Source: an uncultured Chloroflexia bacterium (GTDB taxonomy: Bacteria > Chloroflexota > Limnocylindria > Limnocylindrales > CSP1-4). From it: 64,000 bases of DNA. The position numbers and the translations under genes are program-made. The notes beneath the pieces are model-generated. The model saw nothing but the letters and a program-made list of their open reading frames with translations. It was not told the DNA's origin and did not search any database. Shown here piece by piece: positions 33,101 to 41,287 of this stretch. The number at the start of each line of letters is the position of its first letter. The first letter of the stretch is position 1. The stretch lies in assembly GCA_963813335.1 (NCBI GenBank), contig CAWEYL010000003.1, positions 544,001 through 608,000 on the forward strand. The letters are read 5' to 3'.

Positions 33101-34087
33101 TTCTCGCTGAGCGGCCGCGAGTGGTTCATCAGCGCCTCGATCGGCATCGCCCTCGGCGAACCGGGCCGGGTCACGCCGGACGAGCTGCTGCGCGAGGCCG
33201 AGGTCGCGATGGTCCGGGCCAAGAGCGATCCGGCCGGGCAGTTCGCGCTCTTCGATCCGTCGATGAGCGCCCAGACGCTGGAGCGCCTCGACCTCGAGAG
33301 CGACCTGCGACGTGCGCTCGAGCGCGACGAGCTGCGCGCCCACTACCAGCCGATCGTGGACCTGAGGACCGACCGGATCGTCGGCTTCGAGGCGCTGGTG
33401 CGCTGGCAGCACCCCAAGCGCGGGCTGGTCCCGCCGCTGTCGTTCATCGGCCTCGCCGAGGAGACCGGCCTGATCGCGCCGCTGGGCCGCTGGGTCCTCC
33501 AGACGGCATGCCGCCAGGCGGCGGCGTGGCAGGCCCTCGCGCCGAGCGAGGCCCCGCTCGTCATGTCCGTCAACCTGTCGGCCCGGCAGTTCACCCAGCC
33601 CGACCTCGTCGACGAGATCGCCGAGATCCTCGCTGCGACCAGCCTGGAGCCCTCGTCGCTGGAGCTCGAGATCACCGAATCGGTCGTGATGGACCAGTCC
33701 GAGGTCGGCGTGCGGGCGCTCGGTCGGTTGCGCGAGCTCGGCGTGCGCCTGGTCCTCGACGACTTCGGGACCGGCTACTCGTCCCTGTCCTACCTGAAGC
33801 ACCTGCCGCTCGACACCATCAAGATCGACCGCTCGTTCGTGGCCGGGCTGGAGGCGACCGCGGATCGTTCGATCGTGGAAGCGGTCATCGCGCTCGCCCA
33901 CGGCCTCGGCATCGGCGTCGTCGCCGAGGGCATCGAGACCGACGCGCAGCGCCGCCGGCTCATCGAGCTGGGCTGCGACCTCGGGCAGGGCTACCTGTTC
34001 TCCCGCCCGGTCCCCGCGAAGGACGCCGGACGGCTGCTGAAGCGGCGGACCCCGATCCGCCCGCGACGCCGCGCGGGCGACGCCTGA
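30125..34087 (+). CDS. GAF-GAF-GAF-GGDEF-GAF-GGDEF-EAL c-di-GMP signalling protein
   Basis: HDALTG...DLDAFKAFND..GH..GD...RYGGDEF; YDPTTGLPNR...DLDRFK...RFGGDEF; FEALVRW, ELEITES, DDFGTGYSS, KIDRSF, AEGIE, QGYLF; start uncertain. Confidence 0.9.
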   Translation: MVLAQEPRRPPGSRARPHRPPTRPRPLGKAEGGPGADEATRAAALRRIVAEVSSSQDLDRLFEEVIDASFTLFGADRAGLWIYDDSPAPLNLAAQRGLSNVMLDLIASLPRDAQTVGMTALRERHVTVLAGELEGTVPRLQRMYRAEGIRSMCFVPIVFRDEVLGLLVLYHRTDYEWSDDETDLARSFGDHIAVAMQNARLAESSHALAERLGAISELAVRLNRIHDIDGIAASIVGEAGRLIDHDTIRVYRVDHAAGVCEPIAFQGTFLGSSDPDPDTLRVAIGEGLTGWVAEHNQTVRSGDAGADPRGVVMGSNDEPESMLIVPMAFEDVVHGVVVVSKRGRDRFDADDETTFGIFASYAAQALVNASNVGRLKLQQAELHHQLASQRRLLEVNERLLSTLEPNSVLDLIADSLKVIVPYDTLTIYRVDRVAGVRRAVIARDRFADLILAHESPLGVGISGWVVDHGEAVLANEAHLDPRSVQVPGTPFEPESMIVVPLLVGGEAIGTLNIGRMGEAEAFFSANEFDLTKLFAGQASIALQNAEAHGEVRVRAEHDALTGIRNHGAFQADLGDAVRAGGSGGPFAVLMMDLDAFKAFNDTRGHPAGDALLTGIARVMSAAVRDGDRIYRYGGDEFAAILPGADRVAAHEIAERLRRTVADLSRGTPTVSISVGVSCYPDDGRSKDALVAVADRAMYLAKPTAPVSDGAGSSDDPYLRALDETALALLDRRDAAMLLETILTRACSLLGTPHGYIFLAEPGGGELDLRHGSGLFAQGVGHRQPVDKGIGGQVFLTGQPVTVDDYDAWARRAGIVPNGMLSAVVGVPLFSGDEVVGVIGLASSATDRTFGPRDVAALTRFAQLASIAIDNARLVDVAERGALYDPTTGLPNRELLTDRIAHALSRVRPDDAGPIAVIMLDLDRFKVINESVGHAVGDRLLIAVGQRLAACLRPGDTVARFGGDEFGIILDPVTDEGEARRIAQVISSELRAPFSLSGREWFISASIGIALGEPGRVTPDELLREAEVAMVRAKSDPAGQFALFDPSMSAQTLERLDLESDLRRALERDELRAHYQPIVDLRTDRIVGFEALVRWQHPKRGLVPPLSFIGLAEETGLIAPLGRWVLQTACRQAAAWQALAPSEAPLVMSVNLSARQFTQPDLVDEIAEILAATSLEPSSLELEITESVVMDQSEVGVRALGRLRELGVRLVLDDFGTGYSSLSYLKHLPLDTIKIDRSFVAGLEATADRSIVEAVIALAHGLGIGVVAEGIETDAQRRRLIELGCDLGQGYLFSRPVPAKDAGRLLKRRTPIRPRRRAGDA

Positions 34088-34091
34088 TCCG

Positions 34092-34838
34092 CTAGCGCTG
34101 GCTGCCGGTCAGGCGCAGGAAGAACAGGAACAGGTTGATGAAGTCCAGGTAGAGGAGCAGGGCGCCGATGACGGCCCCCTTCTCCATGGAACCGGTCGCG
34201 GCCGCGAGGGCGCCGTCCTGGATCTTCTGGACATGGAAGGCGGTCAGCCCGGTGAACAGCACGACGCCGACGATCGAGATCACCCACGAGAGCCCGTCGT
34301 TGTGCAGGAAGATGTTCAGCAGCGACGCGACCAGGATCCCGATCACGCCCATGAACAGGATCCCGCCGATCCGATCGAGCGAGCGCTTCGTCGTGGCGCC
34401 GTAGAGGGCGGCGGCGCCGAACATCGCGGCGGCGCTGACGAAGGCCGTGGCGACCGACGCGGACGTATAGGCGAAGACGATCGCGCCGATCGTGATGCCG
34501 AGGGTCGCCGCATACACGAAGAACAGCCCGAGGGCCGCGCTCGCACTGATCCGGTTGATCGCCGCCGAGATCGCCAGCACGATCCCGATCTGGATCAGGA
34601 ACAGGATGAAGAAGCTGTCGTAGGCGAACGCGAGGATCCGCTCGTTCGACTGGACGAGATAGGCGACGCCCGCCGTGACCAGCAGGCCGGCGAACATCCA
34701 GAGGAAGGCGTGACTGAGGAACGCGGCCTGCAGCCGGGCATCTGGCTTGACGCCGAGCTGGGCCGGCGATGCGTACGGGGTGGCCGGGGTCGAAGACGCG
34801 TACGGGGTGTTCGGGTTCGGGTTCGGGTTCTGGTTCAT
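34092..34838 (-). CDS. Bax inhibitor-1/YccA family membrane protein
   Basis: Seven TM helices, GALLLYLDFINLFL C-terminal motif. Confidence 0.9.
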   Translation of the reverse strand: MNQNPNPNPNTPYASSTPATPYASPAQLGVKPDARLQAAFLSHAFLWMFAGLLVTAGVAYLVQSNERILAFAYDSFFILFLIQIGIVLAISAAINRISASAALGLFFVYAATLGITIGAIVFAYTSASVATAFVSAAAMFGAAALYGATTKRSLDRIGGILFMGVIGILVASLLNIFLHNDGLSWVISIVGVVLFTGLTAFHVQKIQDGALAAATGSMEKGAVIGALLLYLDFINLFLFFLRLTGSQR

Positions 34839-34927
34839 CGCTCGTTCGGCTCCTTGTCAGTCGTTCGTGCGGCTGATCGAGTCATCTCAACGTACCACGA
34901 GGTGTCACGAGGGCTGCCAGACCGCGA

Positions 34928-35257
34928 TCACCACATCAGCCCGGCGTCGCGCGGGTCCCAGCGCTCGGCCAGCAGCGTCACCTTCACGTCGTGCTCGACG
35001 ACGGTCTCCGCCTGCTCCTTGACCTGCGCGATCATCGAGCCGGCGTAGGGGCAGAACGGCGTGGTCAGGATCATCTTGATCTCGGTCGAGTCGGGACCGA
35101 GCAGGATCTGCTTGATCAGCGCAAGCTCGACGACGTTCATCCCGATCTCGGGGTCGACGACACCGCGCAGGGCGTCGAGGATGGCGAGCTCGGTCGCGCG
35201 GCGCGCCGGATCGAAGGCTGCCGCGGCGTCGGTCTGGGAGGTCGTGGTGTCGGTCAT
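34928..35257 (-). CDS. metal-sulfur cluster assembly factor (DUF59, SufT/PaaD-like)
   Basis: LRGVVDPEIGMNVVELALI, MILTTPFCP. Confidence 0.88.
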   Translation of the reverse strand: MTDTTTSQTDAAAAFDPARRATELAILDALRGVVDPEIGMNVVELALIKQILLGPDSTEIKMILTTPFCPYAGSMIAQVKEQAETVVEHDVKVTLLAERWDPRDAGLMW

Positions 35258-35330
35258 GCGGTCGTCCGTGCTCCGGGATGCGGAGCAAGAGCGTATCACC
35301 AGCTCGTGAAAGCGCCCTTGCGAGAGCCGG

Positions 35331-35672
35331 TCAGGCGGTTGCGGGCTCCGCGTCCGCGGCGGCCTTGAGCACGATCCCCGCGCGGCGGTACTGGGCCGGC
35401 AGGCCGGCCGCCTCCGCTTCGGAATAGCCGGGACCGGTCAGGGAGCCGTCGGCCTCGAAGAAGTCCGCGTAGCGCTCGCGGTGGTCGGCGGCGTACGTGA
35501 ACGCGGCGGCGATCCCCAGGCGGCGCAGCTCCGGATGGTCGTTGAGGATCCGGGCCAGGTCGTAGCCGTTGGCGCGCAGCTCGAGGAGCTGTCGGACGGT
35601 CAGGCGCGATCCATAGCAGAACGGCTCGCCATTGAGCACGAGGGGGTCCTGCTGCACCCACTTGACGGTCAT
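35331..35672 (-). CDS. DUF433 domain protein
   Basis: QDPLVLNGEPFCYGSRLTV..LLE...G.....ILNDHPEL pattern. Confidence 0.75.
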   Translation of the reverse strand: MTVKWVQQDPLVLNGEPFCYGSRLTVRQLLELRANGYDLARILNDHPELRRLGIAAAFTYAADHRERYADFFEADGSLTGPGYSEAEAAGLPAQYRRAGIVLKAAADAEPATA

Positions 35673-35680
35673 CGCCCGCC

Positions 35681-36163
35681 TCAGCCGCCCTTGTAGAGGA
35701 ACTGCAGGAAGGCGTTCTTCTTGCGCGCATCGCCCGCCAGGCGGCGGTGCCACTCGTACGCCCGGATCGCCTCGTCGAGCGCGGCATCGGCGGGGGGCAT
35801 CTCGCCCGGGGCCAGCACGCCCGGGAGCGCGGCGCGCAGGCCCTCGCACAGCGCGACCAGGTCGTCCATCGAGACCTTGCGGCGCCGGTACAGGGCGGAC
35901 GTGTACTCGCCGTAGGCGTGGGCGGGCGCGGGGTCGTCCGCGGCGACGCACAGGGCGACGCGCTCCGCGAGCAGGCTCGCGTCGTGCAGCAGCAGGCGGA
36001 GCCCGGCCTCGTCGTAGCGCTCGCGCATGCCGGGTGTGGCGTCGAGGGCCACCTCGAGGGCGCGCGCGCCCAATCGGTCCTGGTTGGCGCGGATGCGCTC
36101 GGCCGCGGCGGGGAAGCCGCGGGTGAGGTCGAGAGGCGGACGCCCCAGGCTGTAGTGGCTCAC
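35681..36163 (-). CDS. hypothetical protein with phycobiliprotein/globin-like fold
   Basis: Helical pattern aligns by eye with allophycocyanin (see findings); leaderless TAGACT-6nt-GTG. Confidence 0.65.
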   Translation of the reverse strand: [160 protein letters not shown]

Positions 36164-36200
36164 GCCCGAAGTCTAGCGTGCGGCGACTACGATGGGCGGG

Positions 36201-36695
36201 ATGGACGACCCCGCCCCCGAAGCCCCGACGGGCGCGCCCGCGCCGACGCCCGGCGAGCGCCGGCTCGCCCACCCACCCTCGGACCGCTACCGGACGGCCG
36301 AGCCGGCCGCAGCGTCGCCACGGGCCGGTTCCGCGGGGCGCGCGGCCGCCTTCGGGGTCATCGCCGCGATCGGCGGGGCCGCCGCGATCGTGCTGCTCGG
36401 CGGTGTCCTGGCCATGAGCGCACCGCTGCTCGTCGTGGCGCCAGTCGCCGGGTGGGCGGTGGCCTGGGCGCTCAAGCTCGGGGCACAGGGGAGCGTGGCG
36501 CCGGCACGGCTGGCGCTCGTGGCGCTGCTCCTTGCCGTCGGGGCGGTGCTGCTCGGCCAGGTCGGGCTGTGGCTCTACGCCCGGATTGAGGGCGGGGTCC
36601 TGCCGTTCGCGGACTACCTCGGCGAGGTCTACGGCGTCCTGGTGCCGCTCCAGTTCCTCTTCGCGGCCCCTGTGGCCTGGGCTACGGCGCGGTGA
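36201..36695 (+). CDS. hypothetical membrane protein (about 4 TM)
   Basis: Hydrophobic segments; TACGAT-7nt-ATG leaderless start; GTGA overlap with the GNAT gene. Confidence 0.7.
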   Translation: MDDPAPEAPTGAPAPTPGERRLAHPPSDRYRTAEPAAASPRAGSAGRAAAFGVIAAIGGAAAIVLLGGVLAMSAPLLVVAPVAGWAVAWALKLGAQGSVAPARLALVALLLAVGAVLLGQVGLWLYARIEGGVLPFADYLGEVYGVLVPLQFLFAAPVAWATAR

Positions 36696-37207
36696 GCGAC
36701 GAGCTGCGCTTCCGCCGGCCGACGCCCGACGACCATCGGACGATCGTCGCGGTCGTCGACGACTGGTGGGGCGGCGACCGGACGGTCGCGATGCTGCTGC
36801 CGCGCCTGTGGTTCGACCATTTCGCCGGGACGTCGTGGGTGGTGGAGTCCGGCGACCGGCGGCTCGAGGGGTTCCTGGTCGGCTTCATCAGCCCGGACGA
36901 TCCGGCCACCGCATACATCCACATGGTCGGCACGAACCCGAACCGGCGCCGCGCCGGGTTGGGCCGTCGGCTCTACGAGCGCTTCTTCGACGATGCGGCG
37001 GCTCGCGGCGCCCGGCGGGTCTCCGCCGTGACCTGGCCCGGCAACCGGGTCTCGGTGGCGTTCCACATCGCCATGGGCTTCCGCCCCGACGACGGCCCGG
37101 GCACGCAGCGGCTCTACGGGACGCCGGCCTACGCCGACTTCGACGGCGACGGCGCGGACCGGGTCCGCTTCAGCCGGGATCTGGCGCCCCGACCGCCGAC
37201 GGCGTGA
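36692..37207 (+). CDS. GNAT family N-acetyltransferase
   Basis: AYIHMVGTNPNRRRAGLGRRLY acetyl-CoA motif, NRVSVAFH..MGF. Confidence 0.88.
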   Translation: MSDELRFRRPTPDDHRTIVAVVDDWWGGDRTVAMLLPRLWFDHFAGTSWVVESGDRRLEGFLVGFISPDDPATAYIHMVGTNPNRRRAGLGRRLYERFFDDAAARGARRVSAVTWPGNRVSVAFHIAMGFRPDDGPGTQRLYGTPAYADFDGDGADRVRFSRDLAPRPPTA

Positions 37208-38483
37208 GCTGCTCGCGCAGGAGGCGCCCGAAGCGCGCCGCCTGGTCCGCGGGCGGCACCGCGTCGACCCAGCGACGGAGCAGCGCCTCGCCCTCCGCGT
37301 AGACGAAGACATAGGTCCGCCACAGCGGGTGCTCGATGAACTCGAGCCGCTTCGCGGCGGTGTCGGGCGCCATCCGCCCGACGGTCTGCAGGTAGTCCAG
37401 CACCTCGGCGTGGGTCCGGCCGTCGGCGTGGCGCAGGATCGCCGCGTTGCCGCGGATGGCCGACAGCGCCCGCCGGGCGGACGTGAGGGCCACGGTCCGC
37501 TCCGCGGCCTCGCGGGCCGCAGCCGGATCGGCGGCGATCGGCAGCGCGGCGCGCTCGTACAGCTCGACCAGCAGGCCGGCCCGCTCGTCGTCCGGGACCG
37601 CGTAGCCGATCCCGAGGTCGGCCAGGCCCTCGCTGATCAGGCACTCGGGCGTGTTGATCAGCAGGATGGAGGCCTCGAGGCGGCCCAGCCCGTCGACAAG
37701 GGCCGCCTCCTTCCAGGCGTGCTCGAGGTGGTGGCCCGGATAGGTCTCGTGGGCGACGGTGTCGACCAGCGCCGACGCGCGGATCGGCAGGTCGGTGTTG
37801 ATGTCGACCCGCGATCGCCGCCCGCCGTCGAACCAGTTGTAGCCCGACCACGGCTGGTCGCGGACCAGCGACACCCGCAGGTCCTCGCCGTCGGGCAACC
37901 CGAAGGTCGTCGCGGCACGAGCGCGGAAGCGGGCCACGAGCCAGTCCAGGACCGCCGGTAGCCGGTCGACGGCGATCTCGAACCGGCGGTCCCACGCCTC
38001 GAGGCGCTCGGTCAGGGTCGCGTCGCCGGGGAGCAGCCGATCGATGGCCGCGGCCGCGTCGTCGAACTCGGTGTCGGGCCGGCGCGGTGGCCGGAACGCG
38101 AAGCAGCACTCCACGTGGTCCAGGTACGGCAGCGGCTCGCCGGCCAGGGCTGCGGCCTGGATCTCGAGCGCCACGAGCTGCGCGTCCAGCCACGTCCGCC
38201 GGTCGTCGTCCGCGACCTCGGCGGCCAGCCGGTCCCGCAGCGCGACCGCGTCGTCGCGCAGTCGCGCCGGCGGGCGGCCCTGCTCCATGTCGACCGTCGC
38301 CTTGAGGTTCGCCGGGCCGAAGTAGCCATCGACGAGCCCGGGGATCCGCTGGTCGAGCCGCAGCGCGAGCAGCAGGTAGTCATGGGCGACAGGGTCGGGC
38401 GGCGGGACCGACCGCGTCCCGCCCATCGCCGACACGCGGGCGGCGTCGGCCGAGCGGGCGGCGTCCGGTGGCCGGTCAGGCAT
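37170..38483 (-). CDS. DUF885-like putative metallopeptidase
   Basis: VDGYFGP, WSGYNWFDG, VAHETYPGHH, LISEGLA, YVFVYAEG. Confidence 0.7.
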   Translation of the reverse strand: MPDRPPDAARSADAARVSAMGGTRSVPPPDPVAHDYLLLALRLDQRIPGLVDGYFGPANLKATVDMEQGRPPARLRDDAVALRDRLAAEVADDDRRTWLDAQLVALEIQAAALAGEPLPYLDHVECCFAFRPPRRPDTEFDDAAAAIDRLLPGDATLTERLEAWDRRFEIAVDRLPAVLDWLVARFRARAATTFGLPDGEDLRVSLVRDQPWSGYNWFDGGRRSRVDINTDLPIRASALVDTVAHETYPGHHLEHAWKEAALVDGLGRLEASILLINTPECLISEGLADLGIGYAVPDDERAGLLVELYERAALPIAADPAAAREAAERTVALTSARRALSAIRGNAAILRHADGRTHAEVLDYLQTVGRMAPDTAAKRLEFIEHPLWRTYVFVYAEGEALLRRWVDAVPPADQAARFGRLLREQLTPSAVGAPDPG

Positions 38484-38823
38484 CGCCCGCACCCAGCCCG
38501 CCGGTCTCCCCCGCGAACGGCATGTGCTGGCGCTCCACGGCGTCGAGGCTCATCCGCAGCGCGGCGGTCTTCTGCTCCGCGACCTCGCGGACGTAGGCGG
38601 CCTCCTCCTCGGCGGTCATCGGGCGGCCGCGAACGATCCCCTTGGGCTTGCCGACCATCAGCCACGAGAGGTGGTAGCGGTCCATGGTCCCCCAGGCCGT
38701 GGACAGCAGGTCGTCCGAGTGCTGCAGCCAGACGCGTAGCGAGCCCATCGATGGGTCCGCCTGGAGGCGATCGCCCTCGTCGACCAGCTGGCGCGTCCGC
38801 CGGATCAATTCGTCGCGGGTCAT
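38476..38823 (-). CDS. hypothetical protein (115 aa)
   Basis: MTRDELIRRTRQLVDEGDRLQADPS...; overlaps both neighbours as in an operon. Confidence 0.7.
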   Translation of the reverse strand: MTRDELIRRTRQLVDEGDRLQADPSMGSLRVWLQHSDDLLSTAWGTMDRYHLSWLMVGKPKGIVRGRPMTAEEEAAYVREVAEQKTAALRMSLDAVERQHMPFAGETGGLGAGDA

Positions 38824-39738
38824 CCGCCGTCGGTCGTCCGGCCCGCGATGAGCGCCTCGCGGTCGGCCCGGGCGCGGGCGGACCACGGCCCCGGGCGCCC
38901 GCTCCCGATCGGCGCCCCGGCGAAGCGGGTGACCGGCAGGACGCCCGCGACGCTCGACGAGATGAACGCCTCGTCGGCGGCCGCCAGGTCGGCCGGGAGC
39001 AGCCGCCCTTCGAGCACGCGCAGCCCGACCCGTTCGCCCCACGCGAGCAGCCACGAGCGCGTCGTGCCCGGCAGGATGGCGCAGTCGAGCGACGGTGTCG
39101 CCAGCTCCGTGGCCCCGTCCGCCGCCCGGCGGACCAGGAAGATGTTGGCGGTCGTGGCCTCCGAGAGGTGCCCGTCGATGGTCAGGAACAGGGCGTCGTC
39201 GGCGCCGGCGCGGCGGGCCTCGACCCGCGCGTAGACGTAGTCGGCACGCGACGTCGTCTTGAGCGCGGCGAGGGGGTTCTCGGGATCGCGCCGCACGGCC
39301 GAGGCCACGAGGTGGAGGCCCCTGGGCGAGGTGGTCCGCCGCCGGCGGGACGACCGGCCAGGCCTGGATGGCGATCGTGGCCGGGACCGCCTCGCCGGAC
39401 GGGAGCAGCCCGCGGGTCCGGACCGGGCCGCGCGACACCGTGATACGGAGCGAGGCGTCGCCGTCCGGCCCGGCGAGCCCCTCGGCGGCCAGGAGGTCGG
39501 CGATCCCCGTCGCGATCAGCGCATCGAGGTCGGCGGGCAGGGCGATCGCGAGGCCGGCGGCGGAGCGGCGCAGCCGGGCGAGGTGCTCGGGCAGCTCGGT
39601 CGTCCGACCGGCCCGGGCGCGCAGGGTCTCGAAGATGCCGTCGCCCAGCTGGAAGCCGCGGTCGAAGACCGACAGGTGGGGACCGTCCGCGGGCAGCAGC
39701 CGGCCGTCCACCCAGACGTGGTCGGGTCCCGGGGCCAT
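38820..39738 (-). CDS. pabC: class IV aminotransferase / 4-amino-4-deoxychorismate lyase, frameshift ~39320
   Basis: DRGFQLGDGIFETLR, HLARL, LKTTSR, EATTANIF, ILPGTTR, EAFISSS; follows pabB. Confidence 0.75.
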
Positions 39739-39740
39739 GG

Positions 39741-41169
39741 TCAGGCGACCTCGACCCCGCCGATCGCGGCCAGCGGGCCGCGCGCCTTCGCGACGGTCTC
39801 GTCCCACTCCGCGGCAGGATCGCTGCGGTACGTGATCCCGCCGCCGACGTGGAGCGTCAGCTGCCGGCCGTCCGCGACGAGGGTCCGGATCAGGATGCTG
39901 GTCTGCATCGCCCCGTCCGGCCCGATCCAGCCGAGCGCCCCGGTGTAGGGGCCGCGGCGGACCGGCTCCAGCTCCTCGAGGATCTCCATCGCCCGGATCT
40001 TGGGGGCGCCCGTGATCGACCCGCCCGGGAAGCTGGCCGCGAGGAGGTCGAACGGGTCGCGCCCGGCGGCGAGGCGGCCGGTGACGGTCGAGACGAGGTG
40101 CTGGACGGCCGCCGTGCGCTCGAGGCGGCAGAGCCGCGGGACGCGGACGCTGCCCGGGCGGCAGACCCGCCCCAGGTCGTTGCGCAGGACGTCGACGATC
40201 ATCACGTTCTCGGCGCGGTCCTTGGCACTCGAGAGCAGCTCGCGGGCGAGCGCGCGGTCCTCGGCCCGGGTCGCGGCCGCGCGGCCGCGTGCCCTTGATC
40301 GGGTCCGTGCTGACGGCGCCCTCGGCGTCGACGGCCAGGAACGGCTCGGGCGACGCCGACAGCAGCGCGCGGGGCCGCCCGGACAGCTGGCTCGGCCCGA
40401 GGTCGAGGTACGCCGAGAAGAGCGACGGGTCGCCGGTCCGCAGCCGCCGGTAGCGGTCCCACGGGTCGGCCTCGAACGGCGTCGCCAGGCGCCGGGTCAG
40501 GTTCGCCTGGTAGATGTCGCCGCGGGCGATGTGCTCGCGCACCAGCTCGACGCGTGCCTCGTACTCGGCGCGTGTCAGCCCCGAGCGGAACTCGAGCGTC
40601 GGCGCGTCGGGCGGCTCGTCGGCCGCCCGCGCGAGCGCCCGGACTCCCGGGCTGGTCAGCCGGGCATGGACGTCGTCGAGCCGGCGCGACAGGCGGCGGG
40701 CGTCGCCGTCGAGCGCCCGGCCGCCGAGCCACGCGTAGCCGGTCCGCCGGTCCCAGGCCACGACCCAGTCGTGCAGCGCCAGCCGGAGGAGCGGCAGACC
40801 CTGGTCGTCCGCGGCGATCGACGGCAGCCGTTCGAGCGCGTGGCCCAGGTCGTAGCCGAGGAAGCCGACGAGCCCGCCGAGGAACCGCGGCGCGTCGGCC
40901 GGCACCACGACGGTGCGGTCGAGTCGCGCCACCAGCCGGCGCGCCACGGCGAACGGGTCGGGCCCGGCGGCCGGCCCCTCGAGGACCGCGACCGGGTCGG
41001 CGGTGAGGTAGGTCCAGCGCGCGTTGCGGCCCGGGCGGGCGCTCTCGAGGAGGGCGAGCCCGGGCAGGTCGCGGAACGCCTCGGCCACGTCGATCGGCCG
41101 GGCCGCCGCGAGGCGGTCCGGGAGGCGCCGGAGCCGGAGTGGGGCACTCGGCCGGGGACTGGGGATCAC
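39741..41169 (-). CDS. pabB: aminodeoxychorismate synthase component I (anthranilate synthase I family), frameshift ~40270
   Basis: LLES, GDIYQANL, SASPE, PIKGT (PabB-type), AENVMIVDVLRNDLGR, SFPGGSITGAPKIRAM. Confidence 0.85.
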
Positions 41170-41287
41170 GGCGCGATGATACGGCGCGACCGCCGGCCGG
41201 CCGCGAGCATCGCGCTGGTCGAGGCGATCGGCGTGGGCCGGACGACTCCGGCCCGCCGCCAGCTGACGGGGCGAGGCCCCGCCGGGT

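Noticed and set aside
30101-33901. 1266-aa antisense ORF, and similar ones (19217-22471, 14686-17259, 9513-12584, 49139-51478)
   Set aside because: Shadow frames of real genes in GC-rich DNA; no motifs and a composition typical of reverse-frame translation
34795-34835. (GTTCGG)n microsatellite
   Set aside because: Only about three units, encoding NPNPNP in the disordered YccA N-terminus; not a convincing phase-variation tract
38476-41169. 897-aa PabB-PabC-hypothetical fusion in the ORF track
   Set aside because: Artifact of two indels linking three genes that each have their own start and stop
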